From Yuukianura sp. NJ FZ-2021 (Eukaryota): a stretch of 64,000 nt of DNA. A program made the translations under genes and the position numbers. Below, one piece after another: positions 1 to 12,594 of the stretch (the first letter of the stretch is position 1; every line of letters begins with the position of its first letter). The notes beneath the pieces were generated by a model that was given only the letters and a program-made list of their open reading frames with translations, did not search any database and was not told the origin of the DNA. The DNA lies in contig CM102283.1 of the NCBI GenBank assembly GCA_046563655.1, positions 6,510,001 to 6,574,000 on the forward strand, in the 5' to 3' direction.

Positions 1-3000
1 CTAGTAGCTGGAGACTAGAAGCAATCGAATGTAATGACAACGGTCCAGGTAATTCCAGGACTTGACATAAAAGGAAGGCATGGTCAACCTTCCAGGACGA
101 CATGGCTTTTTCTTTCCTTTGAGGTCAAGGACTCTATGTGTTCACAAACCACACGCGTGGTCATAAGCACTACTGCTGGAATCTTTTTAGTCCACTTAGG
201 AAAAAGTCTTTTGAAAGAGGGAAATGTGATTTCCAATTTCACAGTTCCTTACACACTCTACAAATTCATTCCGTGTCTTTGGAAAACCTTCTATCACTCC
301 TCGTGCTTCAATCAAGCCTTTTCAAATCATAAAAGTACCTCATGCAGTTGTGATTGAAAAATGAGCACATCATTGGAACATGTAGCATTTTTTCAATAAT
401 TAGGTTTGGTTTGTATAGTCGTACATAAGAAACTAACTTGAAAAAAATAACTTGGCTTACCAGTTTTATCAAAAACAGAATAAAAAGTAATTTTGTTTAA
501 AAAAGATGGTTTTAATCCTGGTGCTTAATTTTGCCAATTTGAAAAACGTTTCAGAACTGCGTACGGTGTGTTTGTTTTGCCAAATTCCATCAAATGAGGC
601 TTAAAATTTTGAAAAATTTCAAGAAAATTGAATTCGACAAAACTTTTTAATTCCAATTTAATAAAGAAATGCTCTCAATATTATTAGAAACAAAAGTTTC
701 CAAAGAAAGTGCACCGGAAGAGAAAAAAAAAGTTTAAAAAAAAGTTTTTATTTAACTAAACTTTAAACTTTGAAGAAAAAATTAAATTTATAGCTTTGCA
801 CAATGCAATCAATAATGACGCAATACGCCAAGCTATAAAAAAAATTCTCATGATTTTTCTTTCTTATAGCTTTCACATTTTGCGTACAATACCGTGAAAG
901 TCTACAAAGTTCAAGATTTTGAAAATGACAAATCTAAGAACCGTAGGAAGTTGCTGATCACGTAGTTTTATCCTTTTGACCTTTCTCCAACGACTGTAAA
1001 AGTTAGGCTCCTAACTTTTGCAGTCTCTGAGGGCTTGGTAACCAAGACAACGAATAGGATTGAAGTCGTTTGGAGCCCTTAAGGTGTCATGTAACTGCTG
1101 GAGGGAGACAATGCCACTCGCTGTGACCTAAATGGGAATGACATTGTCATTCCGCCCAATTACATCCACTTCTTCCGTCCAATTACGCATTATGTCCACC
1201 GGACAAGAAACAACCATGTCTACCTCTGGACTCCATTTACTTTCTTCTTAGAACCAAGTTCTCCTTCAGTGTTGTCAGAAATTACAAAAGGACCTGTTGC
1301 AGAACGACAATTCAAAAGAAACCTTTCTCCGCTCAAATTCTCACGTTTGAACACTCCTGCTCTACTTAACTACCGTCTTTTGTCCACTTTTTAATTAAGG
1401 GAGCCATCATGTCAACTATTATAATCGAGAAAAATTGTGAACACGCGGCGCACGTATAGTCGCGTGTCATGACGCAAATGGCTCTACTCATACCGAAAAT
1501 CCCAAATTTTGGAAATTTTGAAACCCCAATAAAATTTCAATTTTTTGAAATAAATTGCGTTTGGCTTGTTATAACAAATTGGCGCCAATTTGAAAGTGAA
1601 AGTGTAGGTTTCTCGTTTCTACTTTCACCAATAATTCTAGATTTACACAATTAGCAAAGTTTTGACGCAACACTAGTGTTGGGTGACATGAAAATTTGAA
1701 ATTTGTGTGCCCCCGCGGGCTTTCGACTCTGTTGGGTTATACATGTAAATGCTAAAAGATACAAAGGTCAATGAGCTTGACTTCTCACATGAGCACATGA
1801 GCTCACGGATATCTCCAAATCACACAATTAGTCAGCCTATCCTCGTAAATCACTGTCCCATTTACTCAGCTTTACCAAATTGGACTCGCCACTTTACTTT
1901 CACAGTGGCTTTCCACTGCCTTTTACTTTCACCGTGTGGTTAAGGTGTCGTGTTCGTTAGGTTTTCTAGTCTAAGTTCCTGCCATTACGTTAGCCTAGAT
2001 TCAAAGAAAAGTTTAGGTTAGGCTGTCACTGGAAAAGTCTATTGTTTTATTCTGGAGAAAGAGTCGGTGGAGCTTAACCAGAGAAAGCAAATGGTGATGG
2101 GCTGTTGTTTGCGGCCTCAAACCGACTTCCTAACCAAAGCTTCATTTAATTAGGCTAATAGATTTCCACTTGATTAATGAAGACAGAAAGCCCTTCCCTC
2201 CTAACCCTATTATGGTCCAGTTCAATTTCCCGCTTTTCACTCCAACTTAACTCCAAATCGGCATCTGTGGATTGTCCACACTAATACCAACATCGGGTGA
2301 TCATCAACTCTAACCTTTTGATCCAATTTAGACTCACTGCTGGCCAACACAAATGAAAGTAAAGTCCGGAACCAAATTTTTAAAATTGGTTCTCACTGTT
2401 TCAAAATTTTGCAAACGAGTGATGTGGTGAACCAAAAAAGTTTAAGAAATTAACACGTTACAAATTCCACATAAAAACTCCAGTCTTCCATTATGAACGA
2501 GGATGCTGCGCAAGCTTGCTGCGATTTCGCAGCAGACATGTCCAATCGTCCTAATTTTTTAGCCTAAGGATGACTTTTTTCTAAAAGTAATACGCTACAA
2601 TGTTAAAAGGTTTGACGGTGTTTTTAAAGAAAATCAGTATTTTGAAAATTTTCTATTTTATATGATACACTTTAGCATGAAAATGTGAAAATCTTAAAAA
2701 TTTGAAAGCAAGCAAAGCAGTAATTAATAACGATATAATTCCGGAATTACCTTTCACATTTAATTTTCATTAGTATACAATAGATTTAGTATTTCTGCTG
2801 CCATTAATTCGAAATTTGCTATTGCTAGTTGCGATAGCAGAACAATTCTGGCATTGGGTTTTTTACGAAATGAAATTTCCTCTCAAAAAGTTCTATTTTA
2901 CTAATCTTATGAAAAGACAGCGGAGCGGAATTGTTTGAACACTCCTGGCACGTTTGTCCAACATTGCGAGAAAGAAAGAGAGAGAAATTGTTTGATAAGT

Positions 3001-6000
3001 TCCATTCAATTCGAAGAACTTTTTCCTCGTTTTCCTACTTGCGTCGATTCCTATTGACTTCTAGACTGGCCTCCCGAGATATGGCAGTTTTTTCCAAAAC
3101 TAAAGTAAATTGAAAATGACAATTCTGACAAGGAGAAAGCGATTCGCCCTACTCCAATTCATGATGTTGATGAGAACGAACTTTTCCACCTGTTTCCTTC
3201 AATTCAAACTACTGCCGTAAACCATTCAGCAAAGGTTTGTGCTTCATCTTCCAGTACATGAACAGTGCATAACAGACTGTAACCAGCACCAAACTAACAG
3301 AACCTAATTCTAGCGCAACTTGAACAGGTCGTCTGTTGGGTCTAAAACCTAACAGACGATGGAGAAAGCGGAGACTTTACTGAAATTGGATTCCGAGAAG
3401 CAGGAACGAGGTCGACTGTGGACGTAAATCATTGTTCCCCATTATACGGTGTCTGGACACCCTTATTCATGCCACAAACCAATAAATATCAATCCGGAAG
3501 CATTAAATTTATTTCCAAATAAAAATGGAAAAATTTCTAGAAAACTGTTTTTTTTTTAGAATAGCTATTTTCCTCATTCGCGCTGCAAGCCGTGCGAATG
3601 AGGAAATTTCTAAATCTAAAAATCTTTTACCTAATCAATTTTATCCATTTTTGAAAAAGTTGGAGAACATTTGTCTTTGTTTTTCTTCAAATTTGAGTGT
3701 TCATTTTCCAAAAACGCAAATCAGGAAGTAAAATTCTGCAAAAGTGGGGCAAAAAGTAATTAAAGTTCAAAAACAACTGTTTGCACAAGTCAGAACTCGT
3801 GTTTGAACAAAAATTGTCGGTTGTTTTCTCTTTCGGACAACATTTTTAAACAGAGTTATGCTTTTATGATCGATTTCTCTTTCAACAGTAAAAAAAAGTT
3901 TGTTTTGTGAACTTACCGTGGACGTCACTTTCGTGTGAGATTCAAATTGAAGCGCACTCTCGCCTGTCATCTGTTCCTTTGAGGAAACCACAACACTTTC
4001 CCCATATGAGAAACCAAGCAACACTTCCCTTTCACCATCCAAATGTTGCGGTGAGCATCACTTCACGATGTATTAAAACTCACAGCCGTGGCGACAAACT
4101 CCTTCCGTCCACACGGAATTTCAAAAATGTTCGTCATCAAATTTTGAATTTCTAAATTCCTGGAACAAGGCAGACACGGAATTAGATCACGGTGGCTCCT
4201 TTCTACGCAGCAACTTCCTTTGAAGTTTGTTTTACAGAGAGCGACGAACTAAAATCACATTTTTCAGAATTTGTAATCTTCGAAATATTTTTTCTTGCTA
4301 TTGATCACTTTCTCTTTCTTCTTAAGATTTTTTATAAGTTGAATCTTTAGTTTTCTTTTCCGAATTTTTGAAAGAAAAATGCCATTTTTCAAAGTATTGT
4401 TTTTGTAAAGTACATGCTAAAGAAAGGCAACTCCATTCCACCTTCATGTTTCTGTTGTTTTGTGTTTGAAAAACTGCGGGAAATGAGTTTCACACGACTC
4501 TCAAATCAGGTTGTTTCCGTGTGTTTTTTGAGAGATGGAATTATATGGGGTTTGGAATTGAAATCTCAAAATGCATGAAACTCCTATCCTTCAACACACA
4601 TGAATAAAACATTTTCGTTTTCTACTTACATCAGCGCAAGCACAAATACGAAAATAGTAGTTTTTGAAAAAACCGAACTTTATTGAAAAACATGAAGCAT
4701 TACCTATTTTTCTTTTTCAAATTGCACAATAGTGTGTAATGCAGGTTTACATTATGTCCTATGTGTAACAAACGAAATAACCCAATCTTTCACTGTCATA
4801 TCTGCATTAATCTTAAATCAGTTTCTAAATAAATTCAAATAAATCAGGTTCTAAACAAATTCAAATAGGCGTGCTTCTTTTTAAAAAAAAGTAGTATCTT
4901 CTAAGTGACTTGCCAAAATTAATTTAATCTCAATTGAACGTCTTATTTTTTGTGGCAGTCTTTATATTTTCTGTTTAATGGAGGGTGGCTTAGCTTTTCT
5001 TCAAATTGCCGCCATTTTCCAAATGCCAGTATTAATTTGTGTTTTAAATTTCGACGTTTTTAAAATTCACCGCAGGAATGAGTAGTGCGAGTTAAAAGTT
5101 TGGAATTAGTCAACTCTGTTTTTCATCTGTGTCAGACGCCATTCTATTCCTAACGTCGCCTCGATTTAAACAAGTTTTTTGAACTTTTGAAAATAGATGA
5201 AGACGCAAGGAAAGTGAAGACATGCTGATTGAGAAATAGGATATGATTGCTCCTTTCCAGCCAAAAAATCAACATGAACTTTCACTTTGCTTTTTCTCTT
5301 TTATTGGCGCCAACCAAAGAAAACTCGGTTGTCACCATTTTGGGAATGACTTGTGGTTTAGCTTCTAATGTTAGGCTAAACTTATGTGACAATATGGACA
5401 GACAGACAAAAGAAAAAGACTCAATCAGTTCTATTATTGAGCTTACCTTTAAAAAAAAGAAACGTTCTCCTTTTAAAATAGTTTTTCAAACTTGTTGGAA
5501 AAAGTAGAGAGATGTTTGAAAAAAAAAGTCAAAGTCGTAACAAAATCCTTCGAAACACTTTCCGTTTTCCTGCTTTCCCCTCGAAGCACTTGAGAATAAA
5601 TTTCTTTTATTTGGAAAAAAAAAGGCTCAAACATTGGCAATTTCCAAAAGTCCTTGAATAAAATTGCGCCATTTTTTGAATACATAAAGACACTACGACT
5701 CGTAACGTTTTTTAACTCTACCTACATTGTATACAGTTTCTTCTTTGGTGGGCAATTTCCTGTTTACTGTGTAAAACGTTTGCACCAAGCCTGATCCAAC
5801 TTGTTGAATCTTTCGATTTCCAAAACAAAATCCTGTCTTCACAAAAATGTAGTGCAACGTGTTTTATGTTTGCGATTTTTGAAGCTAACCTAACTTTAGC
5901 TTAACATTGAACTAAACATTACATTAACCTAACAATTTTCGGTGTGTAAATTGGATTTGCGAATGATGAAGTAGAGTTGCTGGAGGCGAAAGTAGAGGGT

Positions 6001-8820
6001 ATTGGAGTAGCAAGACGAATAAGACGCTTACAAAATGAAATTATGAAAACGTAACAAAAACCGGAGATTCGACTTTCATCTTGGTTATGAAACACTGACC
6101 GCAATTTTTCCTTCTCGTTAGCAAAGCTCGCCTTCTAGGACTTGTATTTCCAATTTTCTTTTTTATTTTTCGAAAAAAAGATGAAAAGAAAATACGATTT
6201 GGCCTGAAAACGATTTTCGAACTTCGGATTCGATTGTTTTTCTATGAAATGAAATTGTATTGACAATATAGACGCACAAAATATTTGGTTTTAAAAAACC
6301 TCGATATTTTTTAAAGTCAATAATACAAAATAAATTGTATTTTTGAAGCGAACTGGAAATAAAATATTATTTTTAGATCTTTTTGAAAAAAGTGTTTCAA
6401 AAAAATATATCGAAATAAGACTTTTAATCGGAAAGTAAACTTTTAATAATAATACTTTGAACCGCACATGACTATTCCGATTTATGACAATTTCAATCCC
6501 GCCTTTTAGCGTTGTTGCACTCTCTTTAATTATTTCTCAGAATTTGGTAATATTTGAACTCTCAAAAAGAAAACCCCGGAAAAGCCTCTCTGTTTAGATT
6601 ACCAAAGTCCAATCGCCTCAAGCGATTTCTCAAAATGAACAAAGACTTTCAAGTTTTCAGATTTCGTGCTACGGCTGTTTCTTCGACTTTTGAAAGTTCT
6701 AAATTCAAAATTCTTTCAGAAACAAATTTCCTGTAACTTCATCTTCTTTCCGTTCCATAGGAAATTACTAAAACAAGAAATTCTTGAGTTTTCTCTTGGT
6801 CTTGGACTCTATTACAATGTATTGCACAAAATATCAACAAAACACTCCAGGAAGCTTTTAATACCGTATGACGGACATTCCAAAGTCCAAATTTTGAAAA
6901 TTTGGAACTAACTTGGCAAAGAAGCTTCTTCCCTTTGAAGAATTTTGTTCCATTTGGAAAACATGACAGGCGAAAAGCTCCTAATCCTAATCCTCTAGCT
7001 TTCTTCCATTTTCTTATTAACATAAAACATGAACCTGCTTTCGCTTCATTAGAGTTCCGCTTTCACTCAGCAACACTTCAACATAAACTTGTAGCCAAGC
7101 AGTTACGTGTGTAATAGCTAAAAAGTTCACTCTGCGCATGTCTTTTTAGGTGTAAATTAATTAATTTAACCTTAATGAAAACATAAAAAAACACATAAAG
7201 ATATTATATAAACCAGACAGAAAAAAATTTCATTCTTTTTTCTAAATTGAAAAAAAATCTAAATTATTTGAGCTTACTTAAACAAAAAATAGAAGAGGAA
7301 ACAAAAACCGCGACGAAAAACAATACCAAAAGTTTTTAATTTTAAATTAGGAAAAAATGTTTCTGAGGTTTCACTTTCACTTCATTAAAAGTAAAATGGA
7401 AAAATAAGAGGCGCAAATCTTTTGCTGGGCAAGAGTTTCACGTTTCTCTTCTGAAAAGTATAAACATCAAAGGAAACAATGAGAAACAGTGGATTTGGGA
7501 TTAAGTTTCTGTACAACATACGAAGGTGGCAGGAGAAAGTGAAAGTAATACTCCTCACGAAAGAAATCAAAGGAGCAGAAAAATAAAGAAAAAGAGTTTG
7601 AATCGTATAACTAAGCTTGCTTTAGCTTAACCTAGCAAACCAAAGCCTGCCTCCTCCATGTCCTTACTGTTATTTCCGCGATATTGAGACGCTGGCATGT
7701 TGACACGAAGGGCACGTAAAGCCCTCATACTTTCTACAGTCTTGGTCAAACAATCCATTGGAATTCAAAGACTTTTCCTTTTGAGCGGAAGGAGGCTGGA
7801 GTAGGTTTCAACATGGCAGCGGAAGAGTGATTGGTTTGTAAAAGAAAGTTCCTGTTTCCTCTGAGGCTTCGCTAACCTAACCTAAGTTATACTGGTGTTT
7901 GTGGTGGGGGCAGATGTATTTCAACTCTGCTTTCACATGCTACTGGTATAAGTAGTAAGTCCTAGTTTTTAGCAAAGTGTTTAGAACAATGACAAAAGAA
8001 CTTGTTCAAAGGAAGAGGAAGAAAGTGCTTTTTCCATTGTAAAAGAGACTCCGGGGCTTCCATGTCAATGGAAACAGGAACACTTCATTTCCTTCGTCTT
8101 CCTTTCCAGAGCAGCAAACAATTTCCATCGGTCTATTCAAGTTTTTTAGAACAAACAAAATTTGAAAGTGACGCAGAACTTTTAAAGTTGAGTTGATCTG
8201 ACTGGGGCGTCTCAATCCATTCGTCGGGGAAAAAAATATCAAGAAATTTATTTTTTTGAAAAAAAAATGATATAGGTTAGGGTTTGGCAAAGGTGAGTTG
8301 CGTTTGGCAAGGTTAGGCTGCGTTATGTTAGGCTTAAGATTAGGTTAGGCGAAGATACTAGTAAAAAATGTTCAACTCTACCAATCCTGTCAAGAAAAAC
8401 ACCCCTAAATTTATTTATGGCGGCTTTAATCTAAATTTTATTCAGAAGATGAAATTACTTTTTTGATTTTTCTTTTCTGAAAAACGGGAGGTGGGAAAGG
8501 TGAAAGAGAAAGTTTCTAAATTTGCAGATGATGATGTATTGAGGATGGAGAAGACTAGTTGGAAGTTTCCAGCACCTAAATATACCGCTTTCAAAATACT
8601 TAAAAGAAACTTCTTTTTAAGTGTTTCAAAAATTGGGTGAAGTTGGCTAATTTTTAGTTAACTTTGTACAAGATTAAAAAACTAAGAACTTTTTTTCGGC
8701 AAGCCACCGAACGTGAACGAACAAAAAACGAAATTTTGAAAAAATATTTCTTCGTTTTTTTTTAGTCTTTTTTGAAACCGACATACTGTACTGCCGTATA
8801 GCATAAAAATCCACTCCAGT

Positions 8821-9820
8821 GGAAGCCCACTTATAAACATAGGCTACCCTAACTTTGGCATAGCCTAACTTTACCCGAATCACTTACCGCACTCAGATTT
8901 CCTTACTTATAAAACACTTTCCCTCATTGTGGTAGATTTGAGGAACTTTTCTCCGAGTTAGGTGAGGTGGAGGGGTTAGAGGGGAGTGCGCAGACTCCGC
9001 AGCTCCAAAACATTTCAGTTTCAAAACAAAACAGAGATCAGCTGGTTGATCATGTTTATGACAATAGCCATTGCCAATGATTATTATAACCACTAATCAT
9101 TCAACAATGGCCATATCGATATTTATCTTGTCTAACAGAGTTCCGAATAGGAAACTGCTGGCCATGACATGCTCCTAACCAAATAGAGCTCCCTTCAGCT
9201 AACCTACACATCACCATATGACAATGTAATGAAGATGACAACTAACGATAACGATTAGTGACCTTTGACAATCTGCTGGATGACATTCTAATTGAATGGT
9301 AATTCATATTCACAAATTGACGTTTATTGACCAAATGAACGGGTTCCTTATGGGAACCCAATTGTTATTACCTAGTACAAATGGAAGTGTGCTCCTCATG
9401 AACCTAGTGATGATAATGATGACCTCACAAGCCAGTTTAACTTCACAAACTACTAACATCACCTTATTTAACCACAAAGTACCTTAAATTAGTTAAATTT
9501 ACTATTAGTTTCATTGTGAACTCTAATTGAAGTGATAGATTGACTGCGGTAACTTTAGAGCACCCCTCGAGAATCCGTAGATTTGCCACATACGTCACTC
9601 TACTCTCGAGGGGCGGAGCTCTTCATAGGTAGTGATTTGGCTACCACGAGAAAGTTCTCAATGGGGAAACAAGAGGAAGAGAAAGGGGTGAGGTAGGAGT
9701 TGCAACACTCTCTACCACACTCCTTACTCTTGTTTTATAAGTAAGAAATGCCGTAAATTTTTGAATTTTTTCGGCGGGCAGCTCTACCGCGGTCGGCTAA
9801 AGTTTTATAAGTGGGCTTCC
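8821..9820. mobile_element. Degenerate non-autonomous TIR (DNA) element, about 1 kb
   Basis: GGAAGCCCACTTATAAA at 8821 is the exact reverse complement of TTTATAAGTGGGCTTCC ending at 9820. A second inverted block pairs CTTACTTATAAAACA (~8904) with TGTTTTATAAGTAAG (~9731). No clean TSD and no ORF. Confidence 0.5.
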
Positions 9821-10880
9821 TCAGTTCATCTTCATATTCGTATTCTGTTCTCACGCTTTTTCATCAACTCCAATAAAGTCAATGAGTTTCTAGTTCCCAC
9901 TGGAGACACTAATTTTGCACTTACAAAAAAAGTTGTTCTAACCATGCGCGGCAATGTTTTCAAGAAAAGAAAAAAGTTTTTGAAAGACGCTGCACGCAAT
10001 GTTATGAATCAACAGAAAGGCAGATTCGAAATCAATTAAAAAAAATCAAGTTAGTCGTTGTACGACTCTAGCGTTCGTGCTGGAATGTTTTACTTTCCCT
10101 GTTAGTTTTTTCCTTACAAATGAGTTTTCCTTGTTAGAAAGCATAATAACTAAGGTCACAGCATTGCATTTTATTCTAACGTTTTCAATTGTAATATTTT
10201 ACGTTCAGCTGGTGCCATTATGTTGACATTTTAGTAACTTTGATCTTGGTGAAAAAATCTGACATGAAATATCGTCAAGCGTTTCATGATTCATATACGG
10301 CCTTGTTCCTTCTCACCTTCGTTTCTGTACTAAAAGTATAACGATCTTAGTTTTCAAAAAAGTTTTAAAAAGTTTTGAAATGTTTATGTGATTTGCATTA
10401 GCAGAAAATTAGTAAATTCGTGTCATTTTACAAACACTTTGAGTTTCATGCTAAAATTTCATAAATTTCTGTGTATAGTTATTGCCAATTTTACGCCGAA
10501 TTTTCACTGCCAATTTTGTGGTTAAATTATTACTCACTAAAGTTGTGAAAATCAAAAATTCCACTTAAAACCAAAATGTTTGTCATTCTCATTCAAACAC
10601 CCAAATCCAGGCAAGGTTATAGTTTTGTGGTGTCTGTTTTTTATGTTTATGAAATTTTGTTGGTAATTCCTTTGATTCTATCTGACATTTTACGTCATTT
10701 TCTTTGCCATGTTGCGCAATAGTGCTCCAGCGTAAGACTTATATTTCCCAGAAGCAACGCTTTAAAGCAAAATATTCTTCAGTAGTTTTTTGCTCTCCTT
10801 AGCGTACTGAATCTGGTCTAGTTTAGTTAACTAACTTAACCCACTACACATAATTTTAGCCAAAGGTCATAATCTACAAA

Positions 10881-12594
10881 ATGCATTACTTTTTTACACT
10901 TTTGCTACTTTGTGGATATTGCATGAGTGCGGAAATCGTTCAAAACCAGCAAAATCCTTACGTCGACCTCGGTAAGTCATTGTGTTCATCTTTTTTGGAA
11001 ATGACTTTGGAACTGACTACATTTAAAATTTGATGTCAATTTTTGAAGGTTTTGTTTGAAATTTTTAGCAACACTGTTTGTTCGCAAAGATACGGTGACC
11101 TTGTCCGGATTCAACAGTGGTGGTGGATTGGCTCAGCAACTTTTAGTTTCTCATCCATCGCTTTTCAAGGGAATTGGTGTTATTCAACAAGGTAGTAAAT
11201 TATTTTTCAAAAAAAAAGTATTTTAAAATTGAAACAAAATTCTAAAATTTGTGTTTTTGAAAATTGAAGTGTTTTACCGTTGTGGGGATGGAGATGGGGA
11301 CATGGACCACTTTGATTCATCCTGTACTAAACTGGCCAATACGAGTACAGAGAACATGTATCCTACGCAGAGAGCAATGGACGACATTAAAAACTACTCA
11401 GCTTCTGGCCTCATTGAAAACAAAGACAATTTAAAAGGAAAGAAATTCTACGTCTACGCAGGGCTAAGCAATGGAATTTTGTCAATTGGTAAGATTTAAG
11501 ACTAACTCACGCAGACAAATCCTGAAATTAAAATGGAATTTTTCAATTTGCGAAACTTTTCAATTTTAGAATCTATGCTCAACACTGTCAAAGTCCTGGC
11601 ACCATTTATTCAAAATCCATACAAAATCCGAACACGGGTACAAGATGCCGGATGCCTTTTGGTAAATTTTCAAAAAACAAGAAAATTGAAAATTTTTAGT
11701 TTCAGTTGATATTTTTTTTTTTTTACAATTTTCAACGTTTAGCCAACTGACAATCCAGCAGGATCAGAATGTACTGAATCCTTTGGAAGTTCTGAAACAC
11801 ATCGAATTGGAAACTGTGGACTTAACGTTCCGCACGAACTTTTGAATTTTCTTTTGGGCGATACAATTGAGCGCCCTATCGGTAAAAAATCGAAACAAGA
11901 TTTCCAAATTTCTTGCACTTTTTACAAAAAAAATTACTTATTGTCAATTTCAATTGTCAAAAAGGTAAAATCTGGCGATCAAAGTACGATTTTGGATTTG
12001 TGACAATCTACCAAGAAACGGAACTTCAAATGCAGACACTCCAAAAATTCCAGCAAAACAAACACTTTGAAGGGCTCCCATTTGAAACCCACTTTTTGGG
12101 TGCTGAAGGCTACGTCTATGTGCCCCTCCGATGTCAACAAGCCTGGTCACCACGATGTCACCTCCATGTGTACTTACATGGATGTCTCTCTGGAAGGTAA
12201 AGGTCGAAGTTACAGTATGAACCAACATGCAAAACAACAAAAATTTGAAATTTCCCTCAATTTCAGTGAATTCACGGGAGAGGGGCATATTCGGGGAAGC
12301 GGGTATTTGGAACTAGCGGAACTGAATGGGATCATTATGTTGTTTCCTCAAGTCAATTCTTCTGCAAAGAACGACATCGGCTGCTGGGACTCCTTTGGAT
12401 ACACTGGACCCCTTTACGGTAACGACTTTCCTCAATTTTCAAATAAAACTGGTTTGAAGGCTACAGAATCTTCCCGCCTTTCCCCCATTTTAAATCAAGT
12501 CGTTACTAAAGTTTCTTTTCCGGTTTTTACAGCTACGCAAAAGGGAAGTCAAGTACGGATTGTGCGGAACATGATCCAGTCCATGCTGCACTGA
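10881..12594 (+). CDS. Secreted poly(3-hydroxybutyrate) depolymerase-like alpha/beta hydrolase (multi-exon); triad Asp/His appear substituted
   Basis: GT-AG exons assemble to signal peptide MHYFFTLLLLCGYCMSA, then TVTLSGFNSGGGLAQQLLVSH, GYVYVPLRC, CHLHVYLHGC, ELNGIIMLFPQ and GCWDSFGYTG. This motif order matches extracellular PHB depolymerases of the Penicillium funiculosum PhaZ type. Confidence 0.85.

Noticed and set aside
1-8800. Short ORFs in the first 9 kb (e.g. 34-357, 3767-4042)
   Set aside because: No recognisable motifs and no consistent exon chain could be built; treated as non-coding or unresolved.
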